A DNA stretch of 63,887 nucleotides, the filler included. It is 6 parts of 6 records of this genome, joined end to end, with 100 filler letters (N's around TTAATTAATTAA, not from the genome) between each part and the next. Parts side by side here need not be neighbours in the genome. Positions count along the whole stretch, not along the records: positions 20,797 to 26,625 come from SRR22947725_451; positions 26,726 to 34,661 come from SRR22947725_457; 4 more parts are not named here. One strand, given 5' to 3'. The notes beneath the pieces are model-generated. The model had not been told where the DNA came from, searched no databases, and saw only the letters and a program-made list of their open reading frames with translations. Position numbers and translations under genes: made by a program. Shown here in pieces: positions 20,842 through 31,467 of the stretch (position 1 is the stretch's first letter; each line of letters opens with the position of its first letter).

Positions 20842-21867
20842 TTATTTAGCTCTTAAATAATATAGATTTATCGCACTAAATACTAATAAGACGCTTGTTA
20901 TTTGATGTGCAGAAGCTAAATAAATATTGAGACCACTTATAAGCGTAAAAATACCAAGAATTATTTGTAATAGTGATACTATAATTAATATTTTTAAAGG
21001 GTTATAGAGCTTAATTATTTTTCTTTTATAAATAAATATTATTATAAATAAAATATTTAAAAATATTATATAAGCTAAATTTCTGTGGTAAAATTGAACT
21101 AAAGAATGATTATCAAAATCAAATATATTCTTAAAATTTTTTATAGAGATATCATTAGGAAAATAATTTTCACCCATCATTGGCCACGTTTGATAAATTC
21201 TTCCAGCATCTAATCCAGATACAAAGGCGCCTATTACTATTTGCGTAAAAATTAAAAAAATTAAAATTAAAAAAGGCGTATTATCTTTTGTCATATTAAA
21301 AAATGATTTATTTTTCTTTGTTGATATATTTTTTAATAACCAAAAAATAGTTGATATAATTATTAATGCTATACACAAATGAATAGATAACCTGTAGTGG
21401 CTAACTGTTATATTATTTATTAAACCACTTTTAACCATGTACCATCCAACTACACCCTGAATGAATATTAATAATTGTATAAAATAACAAATATTTAAAT
21501 ATTTTTTATTTATCTTTTGAGAAAAGTGAAAATAAATCAGTGGTATCAAAAAAAATAATCCAATTAATCTTGCTAGCACTCTATGAATATATTCCCAATA
21601 AAAAATAATTTTAAAATCATTAAGATTCATATCAAAATTCTGTAATTTAAATTGCGGTATTTTTTTATATTGATTAAAATAGAAATTCCACGAATTATCA
21701 TTTAAGGGTGGTAAGATACCTTTAAACAATTCCCATTCAGTAATAGATAACCCAGAATCTGTTAGTCTAGTTAAGCCACCCACTATAATTATTAAAAAAA
21801 CTAGTAATAATGAAGTAGTTAGCCAATATATAAATAAATTATTTAATTTTTTTTCGTTTGAAAACAT
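20842..21867 (-). CDS. ctaA: Heme A synthase (COX15/CtaA)
   Basis: VGGLTRLTDSGLSITEW, WEYIHR, GWYMVKSGL, HYRLSIH, QFYHR, HQ motifs. Confidence 0.95.
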   Translation of the reverse strand: MFSNEKKLNNLFIYWLTTSLLLVFLIIIVGGLTRLTDSGLSITEWELFKGILPPLNDNSWNFYFNQYKKIPQFKLQNFDMNLNDFKIIFYWEYIHRVLARLIGLFFLIPLIYFHFSQKINKKYLNICYFIQLLIFIQGVVGWYMVKSGLINNITVSHYRLSIHLCIALIIISTIFWLLKNISTKKNKSFFNMTKDNTPFLILIFLIFTQIVIGAFVSGLDAGRIYQTWPMMGENYFPNDISIKNFKNIFDFDNHSLVQFYHRNLAYIIFLNILFIIIFIYKRKIIKLYNPLKILIIVSLLQIILGIFTLISGLNIYLASAHQITSVLLVFSAINLYYLRAK

Positions 21868-21917
21868 AATTTATAATATATATTTAATTAATTAATCTGA
21901 ATTTTTAAATTGTCGCT

Positions 21918-22199
21918 ATGGTAAATAAAAACATAATTCAAATAAGGAAAGAATTAGATAAATTAGATAATTTTTTGTTAGACACTATAAAAAAACGTTC
22001 AAAACTTGTTGATCTTGTAATCAAACATAAAAAATTTAAAAAAGATATAATTGATAAAAAAAGAATTTCAGTAATATTAAATAATATTTCAAGAAAATCA
22101 AAAAAGAAAAAAATAGACCCACTTATTACAAAAAAAATTTGGAAATCTATGATTCAAGCTTTTATTGATTACGAATTCAGAAGTTTTAAAAAAAAATAA
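21918..22199 (+). CDS. Chorismate mutase (AroQ type)
   Basis: IRKELDKLD..KRSKLV, K..IIDKKRI; 93 aa. Confidence 0.8.
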   Translation: MVNKNIIQIRKELDKLDNFLLDTIKKRSKLVDLVIKHKKFKKDIIDKKRISVILNNISRKSKKKKIDPLITKKIWKSMIQAFIDYEFRSFKKK

Positions 22200-22202
22200 A
22201 CT

Positions 22203-22394
22203 TTATTTACTATGTGGAGGCAATTTTTTTTCTACAAAAATTTCATGTTTTCTTGTGTTTGGATTATATTTTTTTAACTTTAATTTATTTTTTACCTTTT
22301 CACCTTTAGTCGGTTTTTTTGCATAATAAATAAATTTGCTATCAGGGTTGCTTTCAGGAACCATTCTAACTTTTAAGTGAGTTTTTTTTGCCAT
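22203..22394 (-). CDS. rpmG: 50S ribosomal protein L33
   Basis: MAKK..KVRMV, KLKLKKYNP..RKHEIFVEKK. Confidence 0.92.
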   Translation of the reverse strand: MAKKTHLKVRMVPESNPDSKFIYYAKKPTKGEKVKNKLKLKKYNPNTRKHEIFVEKKLPPHSK

Positions 22395-22752
22395 ATTCTC
22401 TCAATTCTTTTAATTTTTTTAATAAACTTCTACTTTTATTTGAAAATCTGCGTTTATAATAATCAGCTTTTAAACTATCTAAATTAGACTCGTCAAGTTT
22501 ATTTGTGTTTAATTTTAATGCATTTTTTACACCAGCTATAGTCATACCTTTGTTTTTAAGCAAAAATTTTATCATTTTGACAATTTCCACTTGTTCCTGA
22601 GAATAGTATCTGCGTTTGTTAATTTTTTTTGGTTTAATTTGTCTAAATTCTTTTTCCCAGTATCTCAGTATATGATTTAAAGGTTTTTTACTTTTTGTGT
22701 CTGTTAGGTTTAAAATATGAGATAATTCAGAAATGGTAATGAGTTTAGTCAT
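22366..22752 (-). CDS. MerR family transcriptional regulator
   Basis: TISELS, HILRYWEKEF, RRYYS, GMTIAGVK; conserved position after ihfA. Confidence 0.9.
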   Translation of the reverse strand: MTKLITISELSHILNLTDTKSKKPLNHILRYWEKEFRQIKPKKINKRRYYSQEQVEIVKMIKFLLKNKGMTIAGVKNALKLNTNKLDESNLDSLKADYYKRRFSNKSRSLLKKLKELREYGKKNSLKS

Positions 22753-23039
22753 TTTTTATTTACAATATTTAATAAGTTTTTAGAAGCAGTGAAACTTAAT
22801 GATTTTCTTGCTGAAATTAAATATTTCTCTTTTGTTTTAGGATTTCTTCCGATTCTTTCCTTCTTTTTTATCAATTTAAATGATCCAATATTTTTTAGAT
22901 TTATCCCTCCATCCCTTATATTTAATGTTAAAATATAAAGAAGATCCTCAATTATTTTTTTTGTAAATTTAAATGGATAGCCAGTTTTTTTTGTTATATT
23001 TTTAACTATATCCTCTTTTGTAAAATTATTATTCTTCAC
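22749..23039 (-). CDS. ihfA: Integration host factor alpha / HU-family protein
   Basis: GSF, RIGRNPKT, ISARK..F; lies between plsX and merR. Confidence 0.8.
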   Translation of the reverse strand: MKNNNFTKEDIVKNITKKTGYPFKFTKKIIEDLLYILTLNIRDGGINLKNIGSFKLIKKKERIGRNPKTKEKYLISARKSLSFTASKNLLNIVNKK

Positions 23040-24066
23040 TCGATAAATGATCTAGATTGTTTTTGATTTGCTTCATCAGATTACCTTTTATTATTTTATA
23101 ACATAAATCTATAGAATAATAAAAACCCAGTGCATCTGTTCCGCCATGGCTTTTAACAACTGGGCCATTTAACCCTAAAAAAATCGCTCCGTTATATTTT
23201 CTAGGATCAAGTTTGTTTTTGAATTTTTTAAGGGAAAAATAAGAAAAAATTAATGATATTTTTGTAAATAAATTTTCCGTAAGTGTTTTTTTCAAATTAT
23301 CAGTAATAAATTTAGCAGTCCCTTCTGCTGTTTTTAAAGCTATATTTCCCGTAAAACCATCTGTAACAATAACGTTAGAATCACCATTCATAATAGTGTT
23401 CCCTTCACTATATCCATTAAAAATGAAATTATTATCTCCACTTAATTTTTTTAATTTTTGGTATGCGGTTTTTAAAACATCTGTTCCTTTAATTTCCTCA
23501 GACCCTACATTCAATAATGAAACTTTTGGCGATTCATTTGGGAATAAAGATTTATGTAGTGCTGATCCAAGTTCAGCAAAATCAACGAGATTTTTATCAT
23601 CACATTCAATATTAGCACCAAGATCTAAAACTACATTAAGTTTATCTTTGCTAGGCCATAATCCCGCCAAAGCTGGTCTCGATACTTTATCCATCATTTT
23701 TAAAATCATTCTAGAAATAACTAATAAAACTCCAGTGTTTCCTGCTGATAAACTAATATCTGAATTACCATCGAGTTGAGATTTTATACAGTTCCACATG
23801 CTTGTATTTTTTGAATTTTTAACTGCTGCAAGTGGTGTTTCTTGATCAGAAACAATTGATTCAGTGTGATTGATTTTTATTAAATTTGATTGAATCTTAT
23901 ATTTATCTAATTTTTTTTTAATTTTGTTTTCATCTCCAAAAAGATTTAACAAAAAGTCATTATTCTTGTAATTTTTTTTTAAAAATAATCCTACTCCTTT
24001 GATAGATTTGTCAGGTGAATTATCACCACCCATTGCATCAATAGCAATAGTAATTTTTTTTGTCAT
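23029..24066 (-). CDS. plsX: Phosphate acyltransferase PlsX
   Basis: IAIDAMGGD, SAGNTG, LDLGAN, LLNVGSEEIKG, DGFTGNIALKTAEG, VKSHG. Confidence 0.97.
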   Translation of the reverse strand: MTKKITIAIDAMGGDNSPDKSIKGVGLFLKKNYKNNDFLLNLFGDENKIKKKLDKYKIQSNLIKINHTESIVSDQETPLAAVKNSKNTSMWNCIKSQLDGNSDISLSAGNTGVLLVISRMILKMMDKVSRPALAGLWPSKDKLNVVLDLGANIECDDKNLVDFAELGSALHKSLFPNESPKVSLLNVGSEEIKGTDVLKTAYQKLKKLSGDNNFIFNGYSEGNTIMNGDSNVIVTDGFTGNIALKTAEGTAKFITDNLKKTLTENLFTKISLIFSYFSLKKFKNKLDPRKYNGAIFLGLNGPVVKSHGGTDALGFYYSIDLCYKIIKGNLMKQIKNNLDHLSSEE

Positions 24067-24077
24067 TACAATATATA

Positions 24078-24251
24078 TTAAATATCTAAAATTTTTTTTC
24101 CGTTATAATATCCGGATTTAAGGTCAACATGGTGTGAGAGTCTGTATTCACCACTTTTTTTATCTTCTACAATATTTATAGAAGTTAACTTATGATGAGA
24201 TCTTCTCATTTTTTTCTTTGATGTAGAAGTTTTTCTTTTTGGTACAGCCAT
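24078..24251 (-). CDS. rpmF: 50S ribosomal protein L32 (57 aa, Cys-free form; below the ORF-track cutoff)
   Basis: Manual translation: [57 protein letters not shown]; upstream of plsX. Confidence 0.95.
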   Translation of the reverse strand: MAVPKRKTSTSKKKMRRSHHKLTSINIVEDKKSGEYRLSHHVDLKSGYYNGKKILDI

Positions 24252-24253
24252 AA

Positions 24254-24757
24254 TTAGTTTTTAAATTTTATTGCTTTACTTACCATATTATCAGACGAGA
24301 ATTCAAAACAAAAATTAAAAAAACGGAGAAAATAGGACTTAAAATCGGTATATTTTATTGATTCAGGGTCTTTTAATTGATCAAAATACTTTGATATAAG
24401 GTTGTGATTAATATTAAAAAGTTTTTGATCATTTGTAGTACTCTCTAATTTCAATAAAATATCATAAAAAATTTTGTTTAATTCCTTCATTTTTTTATTT
24501 ACAGCAATATCACCAAAACCCAATTCTCTTAAATTATTTTCAATTGTAAAGAATAATTCGTCGTACGATTTTTGATTAAATTTTAAGTTTTTTTTCTTTA
24601 AAGAAATTAACATGACCGAAAAATGAACAAACATTAGATAAATACGTGTTTCAAATGTGTCAGGAAGTTTAAGTTCTTTATAAAAAAATATGTCTCTAGA
24701 TAAAGTTAATAAAGTATTATACAAGTTAAAATTATGGTTGTTGTTATTAATATTCAT
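24254..24757 (-). CDS. Ubiquinol-cytochrome c chaperone (Cbp3-like)
   Basis: [23 protein letters not shown]; conserved position divergent from bamE. Confidence 0.85.
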   Translation of the reverse strand: MNINNNNHNFNLYNTLLTLSRDIFFYKELKLPDTFETRIYLMFVHFSVMLISLKKKNLKFNQKSYDELFFTIENNLRELGFGDIAVNKKMKELNKIFYDILLKLESTTNDQKLFNINHNLISKYFDQLKDPESIKYTDFKSYFLRFFNFCFEFSSDNMVSKAIKFKN

Positions 24758-25201
24758 AAAAAATTGTTTTTAATATCTATTTTCATCATTTTAATTGGTT
24801 GTCAATTAAGAGATCCGGTCAAAAACCATGGAATACTCTTCCTGGAAAACAGAGCAAAACAACTAGAAATAAGCAAAAATAATAAAAATGATGTAATTAG
24901 GTTAATAGGAAATCCGCACACAGTTTCAATTGATACAAGTGATAATTGGATTTATATAGAGCGTACTTTAACCAAAGGCTCTTTTCATAGATTAGGACAA
25001 AATGTTTTAAAAACAAATAATGTGTTAATTTTAAATTTTGATAAATATGGTATTTTAAAAGAAAAAACTTTTCTTGATAAAGAAAAAATTAATAGACTAA
25101 AATTCTCAAAAAAAATTACTGAAAATAATCTTGCTAAAAAAAGCTTTGTTGCATCTTTTCTAAGTAGTGTAAGAACTAAGATGTATAGAGGTAAGAAGTA
25201 A
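24734..25201 (+). CDS. bamE: Outer membrane protein assembly factor BamE
   Basis: LIGC lipobox, NHG, KNDV..LIGNP, WIYI, FDKYG. Confidence 0.85.
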   Translation: MVVVINIHKKLFLISIFIILIGCQLRDPVKNHGILFLENRAKQLEISKNNKNDVIRLIGNPHTVSIDTSDNWIYIERTLTKGSFHRLGQNVLKTNNVLILNFDKYGILKEKTFLDKEKINRLKFSKKITENNLAKKSFVASFLSSVRTKMYRGKK

Positions 25202-25208
25202 TAATTTT

Positions 25209-26624
25209 TTAATGTGCAATTACTGCTAAAAGTAAAAGTGCTACTATGTTTGTAATTTTAATCATAGGATTCACCGCTGGACCAGCTGTGTCTTTATAGG
25301 GGTCTCCAACAGTGTCGCCGGTAACTGCAGCTTTATGAGCCTCTGATCCTTTTCCACCAAAATTGCCATCCTCAATATATTTTTTAGCATTATCCCAAGC
25401 TCCACCACCAGCTGTCATAGACACGGCAACAAAAAGGCCTGTAATAATTACACCTAACAGCATCGCACCTAACGATGATAAAGCTGCCTCTATACCACCG
25501 ATCTGTAAAATTATAAAATATAGTATAATCGGAGATAACACAGGTAATAATGATGGAATAATCATTTCTTTGATTGCAGCTTTAGTTAACAGGTCAACTA
25601 ATTTTCCATAGTCAGGTTTTCTTTTACCTTTCATTATTCCAGGAATTTTTTTGAACTGTCTTCTAACTTCAATTACAACGGCCCCACCCGCTCTACCAAC
25701 CGCTTGCATGCCCATAGAGCCAAATAAATAAGGAAGCATTCCGCCGATTAATAAGCCTGCAACTACAAAAGGATTAGATAGATCAAAAGTAACAATTACC
25801 CCTTCTAATGCAGAACCTTTAACTGTAGAAAAATATTTAATATCTTCGGTGTACGCTGCAAACAAAACCAAAGCACCTAAACCAGCGGAGCCAATTGCAT
25901 AACCTTTTGTAACTGCCTTAGTTGTATTTCCAACAGCGTCTAAAGCATCAGTGGTTTTTCTGACACTTTTTGGTAATTTTGCCATTTCAGCAATACCTCC
26001 AGCATTATCCGTTACTGGACCGTATGCATCTAGAGCAACAACCATGCCTGTGAGAGCTAACATTGCCGTAACAGCAATGGCAATGCCAAATAACCCAGCT
26101 AAACTATTAGTGTATAAAATTCCTGCAACGATAATTAAAGCTGGTACAGCAGTTGCTTCCATCGATATTGCTAAACCTTGAATAACATTTGTTCCATGAC
26201 CAGTTGTTGATGATTGGGCAACTGATTTAACTGGTCGATAGTTAGTGCCGGTATAATATTCTGTAATCCATATCAAAAGGCCTGTAATTACAAATCCGAC
26301 AACTCCACAAATATATAAATCCATTCCAGAAAATACTTTACCATTATTGTTATATTTTTCGCTCATACCGACAATTGAATCTGTTACTGGGTACAATATT
26401 AGTAATGATGTTAAAGCAGTAACAATAAAACCCTTATATAAAGCGCCCATTATATTTTTACTTTTACCAAGCTTTACAAACCATGTCCCAACAATAGAAG
26501 TGAGAATGCAAGCACCTCCAATAGCTAGAGGATAGACCATTAAATTATAGTCTTGTGGAAAAAAAATTGAAGATAAGACCATTGTAGCAACTATAGTAAC
26601 AGCGTAAGTTTCAAATAAATCAGC
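25209..26624 (-). CDS. hppA: Membrane-bound H+-translocating pyrophosphatase, K+-independent type, 5'-truncated
   Basis: [29 protein letters not shown] (the Lys marks the K+-independent type), [23 protein letters not shown]. Confidence 0.95.
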   Translation of the reverse strand, partial: ADLFETYAVTIVATMVLSSIFFPQDYNLMVYPLAIGGACILTSIVGTWFVKLGKSKNIMGALYKGFIVTALTSLLILYPVTDSIVGMSEKYNNNGKVFSGMDLYICGVVGFVITGLLIWITEYYTGTNYRPVKSVAQSSTTGHGTNVIQGLAISMEATAVPALIIVAGILYTNSLAGLFGIAIAVTAMLALTGMVVALDAYGPVTDNAGGIAEMAKLPKSVRKTTDALDAVGNTTKAVTKGYAIGSAGLGALVLFAAYTEDIKYFSTVKGSALEGVIVTFDLSNPFVVAGLLIGGMLPYLFGSMGMQAVGRAGGAVVIEVRRQFKKIPGIMKGKRKPDYGKLVDLLTKAAIKEMIIPSLLPVLSPIILYFIILQIGGIEAALSSLGAMLLGVIITGLFVAVSMTAGGGAWDNAKKYIEDGNFGGKGSEAHKAAVTGDTVGDPYKDTAGPAVNPMIKITNIVALLLLAVIAH

Positions 26625-26625
26625 A

Positions 26626-26725
26626 NNNNNNNNNNNNNNNNNNNNNNNNNNNNNNNNNNNNNNNNNNNNTTAATTAATTAANNNNNNNNNNNNNNNNNNN
26701 NNNNNNNNNNNNNNNNNNNNNNNNN
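26626..26725. other. Artificial contig linker
   Basis: N44-TTAATTAATTAA-N44. Confidence 0.98.
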
Positions 26726-27253
<528 letters not shown>

Positions 27254-27352
27254 TTAGAATTTCCTTTATTGTTTAAGTTTTTTTTTACAAAATAAAAAAA
27301 TATTTACAATAGATAGTTAGTTGAAAACTAATATTTAACTAATTTGTCACAA

Positions 27353-28426
27353 TTAAAAACAAACTAGATGATCTATGTAGATAGGTGTTTTTAAACCAAA
27401 TTTTTCATTTTCAGCATGTAAATGTTCATGATGTGAATGAACAAAAACAGGTAATTTAAGATCTGATGGTGTTTTTAAGGTATAAATAAAACTAGTTCCC
27501 CTAAATTTCTTATCCACCACTTGAAACTTTAATTTACTAGAGTCATCGTGCTCTAAATCTTCAGGCTGTATGAGTAGATTAACCTTTTCACCCCTTTGAT
27601 AACTTTTAATTAACTTGCCTTTAATTTCACCAAGATCTTCATTGTACAATGTATCTTCCGATTTAACTTCTGCAGGAACTAAAACACCTCTATTAAAAAA
27701 CTCAACAACCTCTCTAGAGTTTGGAATATGATGAATATTATAAGGGCTATCAAATTGAACAATTTTTTTGTTCAATAAAATTCCACAATAATCTCCAAGA
27801 TAAAACGCTTCATATTTGTCATGAGTAACAATAATAGTAGTTATGTTACATTTTTTAATAATTTCCTTTAAATTTTCCTGTACTTTTTCCTTAAGATTTT
27901 GATCTAAATTTGCAAAAGGTTCGTCTAATAAAAGTAGATCTGGGTTATGAATTATAGACCTTACTAAACAAACTCGTTGGGATTGACCGGCACTAATTTC
28001 GTGTGGATATTTGTGTTTCAATTCAGAGATATAAAAAAAATCTAAAAGTTCATCCATGGAATATTGTAATGGTCCATTTTTATTTTTTGAGCAAAATAAA
28101 GATCTTTTAATTCCAAATTTGATATTTTCTTCTACAGTATAATGTGGAAAAAGTGCATTTTCTTGAAAACTCAAAGCAATATTTCTATCCTCTGGATCTA
28201 TAAAATTATTCTCATCAGTTAATATTTTATTATTTAAAATGATTGAACCTTTATCAATCTTTCTTAATCCTGCTATAGACCTAAGTATAGTAGTTTTGCC
28301 AATACCTGATGGTCCAAGAATACAAATTATATCACCTTGTTTTTTTATATTAAAAGATACATCATTCAATATGAGTTCATTTTGAACTGAAAAATTAAGA
28401 TCTTTTATTTCTAAATAATTGTTCAT
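27353..28426 (-). CDS. fbpC: Fe(III) ABC transporter ATP-binding protein
   Basis: GPSGIGKT, ISAGQ signature, LLLDEPF; operon with the permease and binding protein. Confidence 0.9.
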   Translation of the reverse strand: MNNYLEIKDLNFSVQNELILNDVSFNIKKQGDIICILGPSGIGKTTILRSIAGLRKIDKGSIILNNKILTDENNFIDPEDRNIALSFQENALFPHYTVEENIKFGIKRSLFCSKNKNGPLQYSMDELLDFFYISELKHKYPHEISAGQSQRVCLVRSIIHNPDLLLLDEPFANLDQNLKEKVQENLKEIIKKCNITTIIVTHDKYEAFYLGDYCGILLNKKIVQFDSPYNIHHIPNSREVVEFFNRGVLVPAEVKSEDTLYNEDLGEIKGKLIKSYQRGEKVNLLIQPEDLEHDDSSKLKFQVVDKKFRGTSFIYTLKTPSDLKLPVFVHSHHEHLHAENEKFGLKTPIYIDHLVCF

Positions 28427-30051
28427 TAGAAACCTTTTAATATGTTTTTTCTAGAAATTAAAATAATTAAACTTGCAAAAAAGATCAGGAATAAACTTGG
28501 TCCAGCAGTATATTCAAGCATATCCTGAGAGGCAAAAACATAAGCCTTGGTGGCAAATGTTTCAAAGTTATAAGGCCTCAATATTAAAGTTAAGGGTAAT
28601 TCTTTAAGGATATCAATTGAGACTAGCATAGAAATGAGAATTAAGTTTTGTTTTAAAAATGGAAAATGTACTTGCAAAAAAGTACCTAGTTTTGAATTTC
28701 CCATTAGATAACTAACATCATCTAAAGATTTATTTAATTTATCATATCCTGTCTTTATTCCATTTATTGCTAAAGAATAAAATCTAACACAATAAGCAAG
28801 AACTAAACCAAAAACAGTACCGATAAAAAGTACCTTGATACTTTCGTTGTTAAAATAACTACTCACAAAGGAAATAAAGCTTAATAACGTTAAGGCTAAT
28901 ATGATACCTGGAATTGCATAACCACTTATAGAAAAATTAGTTATAATATTTAGTGTTTTGCTTTCAGATATTCTCATTCCATAATTTGTTATGAAGGATA
29001 ATAAAATTAATATTAAAGTTGTAGAAACAACTAGTAACATTGTATTCATTGTTAATGCCAATATATTTGATAGATCAAAATTACTTGGAAATTTAATAAT
29101 CCAAAAGATCATTTGAGAAATTGGAAAAATAAATGATACAAAAAACAAAATTAGCAAGGCATAAAACGCAAACCATTTTTTTCTTCCTTGCAAATTAATT
29201 TTTTCAAGGGATCTATATCCTCTTGATGGAATATTAAATCTTGATCTGCTTCTAGATATTTTTTCAATTATAAAAAAAATTAGAATAAAAAAAATAAGAA
29301 AAAAAGATAATTGGTAAGCAGTATTAATATCATCAAATACTATCCAGCTATCGTATATTGCTGTGGTCAAGCTTTGAACGTTAAAGAAAGAAACAGTTCC
29401 AAAATCAGATATACATTCCATTGCCACTAATGATAAACCTGCAACAATTCCAGGTCTTGCAGATGGTAACAAAATCCTTTTAAAAATTTGATAATTACTA
29501 AAACCCATGTTTTTACCAGCATCAATCTGGCTCTGAGATTGGTAAATGAAACAAGCCCGAGTTATTAAATATACATAAATATAAAGAGACAACGAAATTG
29601 ATAAAATACTTCCAATCAAACTATCAATTCTTGGTATAAAATTATTATAATCACCTTCTCCGAAAATATATTTTAAAATTGAATACAAACTTCCAAAATA
29701 TTCAAAAAAAGCAGTTAACGAATAAGCATATATGTATCCCGGAATAGCAAAAGATAAAATTAAAGCCCACGTGAAAAAATTAGAGCCTGGAAATTTATAA
29801 AAAGATACTAAATAAGCACTACCAACTCCAAAAATTAAAGTGAGAATAATAACACCGATTAACAATGCCAAAGTATTAAAAAGATATAAATATAAATATG
29901 TATCTTGTAATAAATTATAATAACCAGATAACTCTACAAAAAAACTTGATGAAATAACAACAAGTGGGATGCATACTACTAAAGATATAAACAAAGAACT
30001 TATAAGCCAATAATTTATTCTTGGAAATTTAAAAATCTTTTGTAAATACAT
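28426..30051 (-). CDS. fbpB: Fe(III) ABC transporter permease
   Basis: Double-domain permease with YVYL..R, LPSARP, DFGTV, KELP.TLILRP. Confidence 0.9.
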   Translation of the reverse strand: MYLQKIFKFPRINYWLISSLFISLVVCIPLVVISSSFFVELSGYYNLLQDTYLYLYLFNTLALLIGVIILTLIFGVGSAYLVSFYKFPGSNFFTWALILSFAIPGYIYAYSLTAFFEYFGSLYSILKYIFGEGDYNNFIPRIDSLIGSILSISLSLYIYVYLITRACFIYQSQSQIDAGKNMGFSNYQIFKRILLPSARPGIVAGLSLVAMECISDFGTVSFFNVQSLTTAIYDSWIVFDDINTAYQLSFFLIFFILIFFIIEKISRSRSRFNIPSRGYRSLEKINLQGRKKWFAFYALLILFFVSFIFPISQMIFWIIKFPSNFDLSNILALTMNTMLLVVSTTLILILLSFITNYGMRISESKTLNIITNFSISGYAIPGIILALTLLSFISFVSSYFNNESIKVLFIGTVFGLVLAYCVRFYSLAINGIKTGYDKLNKSLDDVSYLMGNSKLGTFLQVHFPFLKQNLILISMLVSIDILKELPLTLILRPYNFETFATKAYVFASQDMLEYTAGPSLFLIFFASLIILISRKNILKGF

Positions 30052-30071
30052 GAAACAAGATTACTTTTTGT

Positions 30072-31091
30072 TTACTTCCATCCAGCTTTTTTCATAAGAG
30101 CTAAAGCTTTTTTTTGATTTTGATAGTATTTGGAAACATCAGTGCTTAGATCCTGTTTAAAAGATAAACCAAATTGAGATATCAATTTATTTGGATCTAC
30201 ACCGCTAATCATAGGGTACTCAAAAGTATTATTAACAATGTGCTGCTGGGCTTCTTTTGTAATAAGAAATTCTAAAAATTTAATTGCATTTTCTTTATTT
30301 GGAGCAAATTTAGTTACTCCTCCTCCACTTATATTCATATGAGTGCCTCTATTGTTTTGATTTGGAAATATAAGTTTAACTTTTTCTGCAGCAAGCTTTT
30401 GCTCTTTACCTTTTTTTCCTGATAACATTAAAGCAATATAATATGAATTTGCTACAGCCAATTTGGCCTTCCCGGCAGCAACTGCAATTATTTGAGCCCT
30501 ATCATTCCCCTTGGGTTCTCGAGCCATATTTTGAACAATTCCTTTTGCCCAGATAGATGTCTTGGAAAGTCCGTTATTTTCAATTAATGAAGCTACGAGT
30601 GACTTGTTATATGTGTTTCCAGATGACCTTATTACTAATGATTTTGCATATCTAGGATCTGATAAATCTTCATAGTTTAAATTTTTTGCCTCTGTTTCTG
30701 AAATTAGATCTGAATTATAATAAATAACTCTTGCCCGTTTAGCTATTCCAAACCAATAAGGTGATCTAAAGTTTGCGGGTATATTGGTTTCTAAAATCTT
30801 AGAATTAATTTTTTGAAATATTCCTTTATCTTTTGCTGAACCTAAATTTCCAGCATCGGCAGTAATATAAATGTCAGCTTTGGATGATTTGCCTTCTGAT
30901 AAAATTCTTTTTTCGAGAGCTTTGGCTTTTCCACTAATTACATTAACTTTAATACCGGTAACTGAGGTAAATTTTTGATATAATATTAAATCAGAGTCAT
31001 AATGACGAGATGTAAAGACATTGACTTCATTCGCAAAAGCATTGCCGACTAAAAGAATTAATAATGTGAAAGAGGATGCTAAAATTTTCAT
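30072..31091 (-). CDS. fbpA: Fe(III) ABC transporter substrate-binding protein (FutA/SfuA type)
   Basis: Signal peptide; SRHY, TYN and NSYY give a His/Tyr iron-ligand set; GNDRAQI, NISG. Confidence 0.92.
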   Translation of the reverse strand: MKILASSFTLLILLVGNAFANEVNVFTSRHYDSDLILYQKFTSVTGIKVNVISGKAKALEKRILSEGKSSKADIYITADAGNLGSAKDKGIFQKINSKILETNIPANFRSPYWFGIAKRARVIYYNSDLISETEAKNLNYEDLSDPRYAKSLVIRSSGNTYNKSLVASLIENNGLSKTSIWAKGIVQNMAREPKGNDRAQIIAVAAGKAKLAVANSYYIALMLSGKKGKEQKLAAEKVKLIFPNQNNRGTHMNISGGGVTKFAPNKENAIKFLEFLITKEAQQHIVNNTFEYPMISGVDPNKLISQFGLSFKQDLSTDVSKYYQNQKKALALMKKAGWK

Positions 31092-31121
31092 AATAATTTA
31101 ATAAATAACGTTAATAAATAT

Positions 31122-31169
31122 TTGAGAATGATTCTTAACTAATATAATTTACTTAAGAATTATTCTCAA
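31122..31169. promoter_or_regulatory. Two Fur-box-like palindromes upstream of the Fe(III) ABC operon
   Basis: TTGAGAATGATTCTTAA (31122-31138) and TTAAGAATTATTCTCAA (31153-31169), each a near-perfect 7-1-7 TGAGAAT-N-ATTCTCA. Confidence 0.7.
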
Positions 31170-31467
31170 GTAATTTTTTGTAGGATTTATCTCTAATTTT
31201 AACTCTTTTTTCCTGAAATTTTTTTAAATTTTTAATACTTTTGGTATGAACACGTTTTCTCCAAAGCTTGAAAGATGAGGCTTTAAGATTAGAACGCATA
31301 ATTTTAATAACTTCAGACTCTGTTTTTCCAGTTTCTCTTTTAATATCCTCAAAAGTAATACGATCAGCCCAAGCAGCCCAAATTATCCAATCTTTTGAAT
31401 TTTTTTTTTTTGGTTGAGGGTTGGAGGTTTTGGTGATTGGACGTTTAAAAGACTTGCGATTAACCAA
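31153..31467 (-). CDS. TIGR03643/DUF2805-like protein of unknown function
   Basis: IIWAAWADRITFEDI..GKTESEVIKIMRSNLKASSFKLWRKRV. Confidence 0.8.
   Translation of the reverse strand: MVNRKSFKRPITKTSNPQPKKKNSKDWIIWAAWADRITFEDIKRETGKTESEVIKIMRSNLKASSFKLWRKRVHTKSIKNLKKFQEKRVKIRDKSYKKLLENNS

Noticed and set aside
27317..27331. TTAGTT-GAA-AACTAA palindrome upstream of katG as an OxyR/LysR site
   Set aside because: It is only one imperfect ATAG-N7-CTAT unit in very AT-rich DNA, without the four-part OxyR pattern
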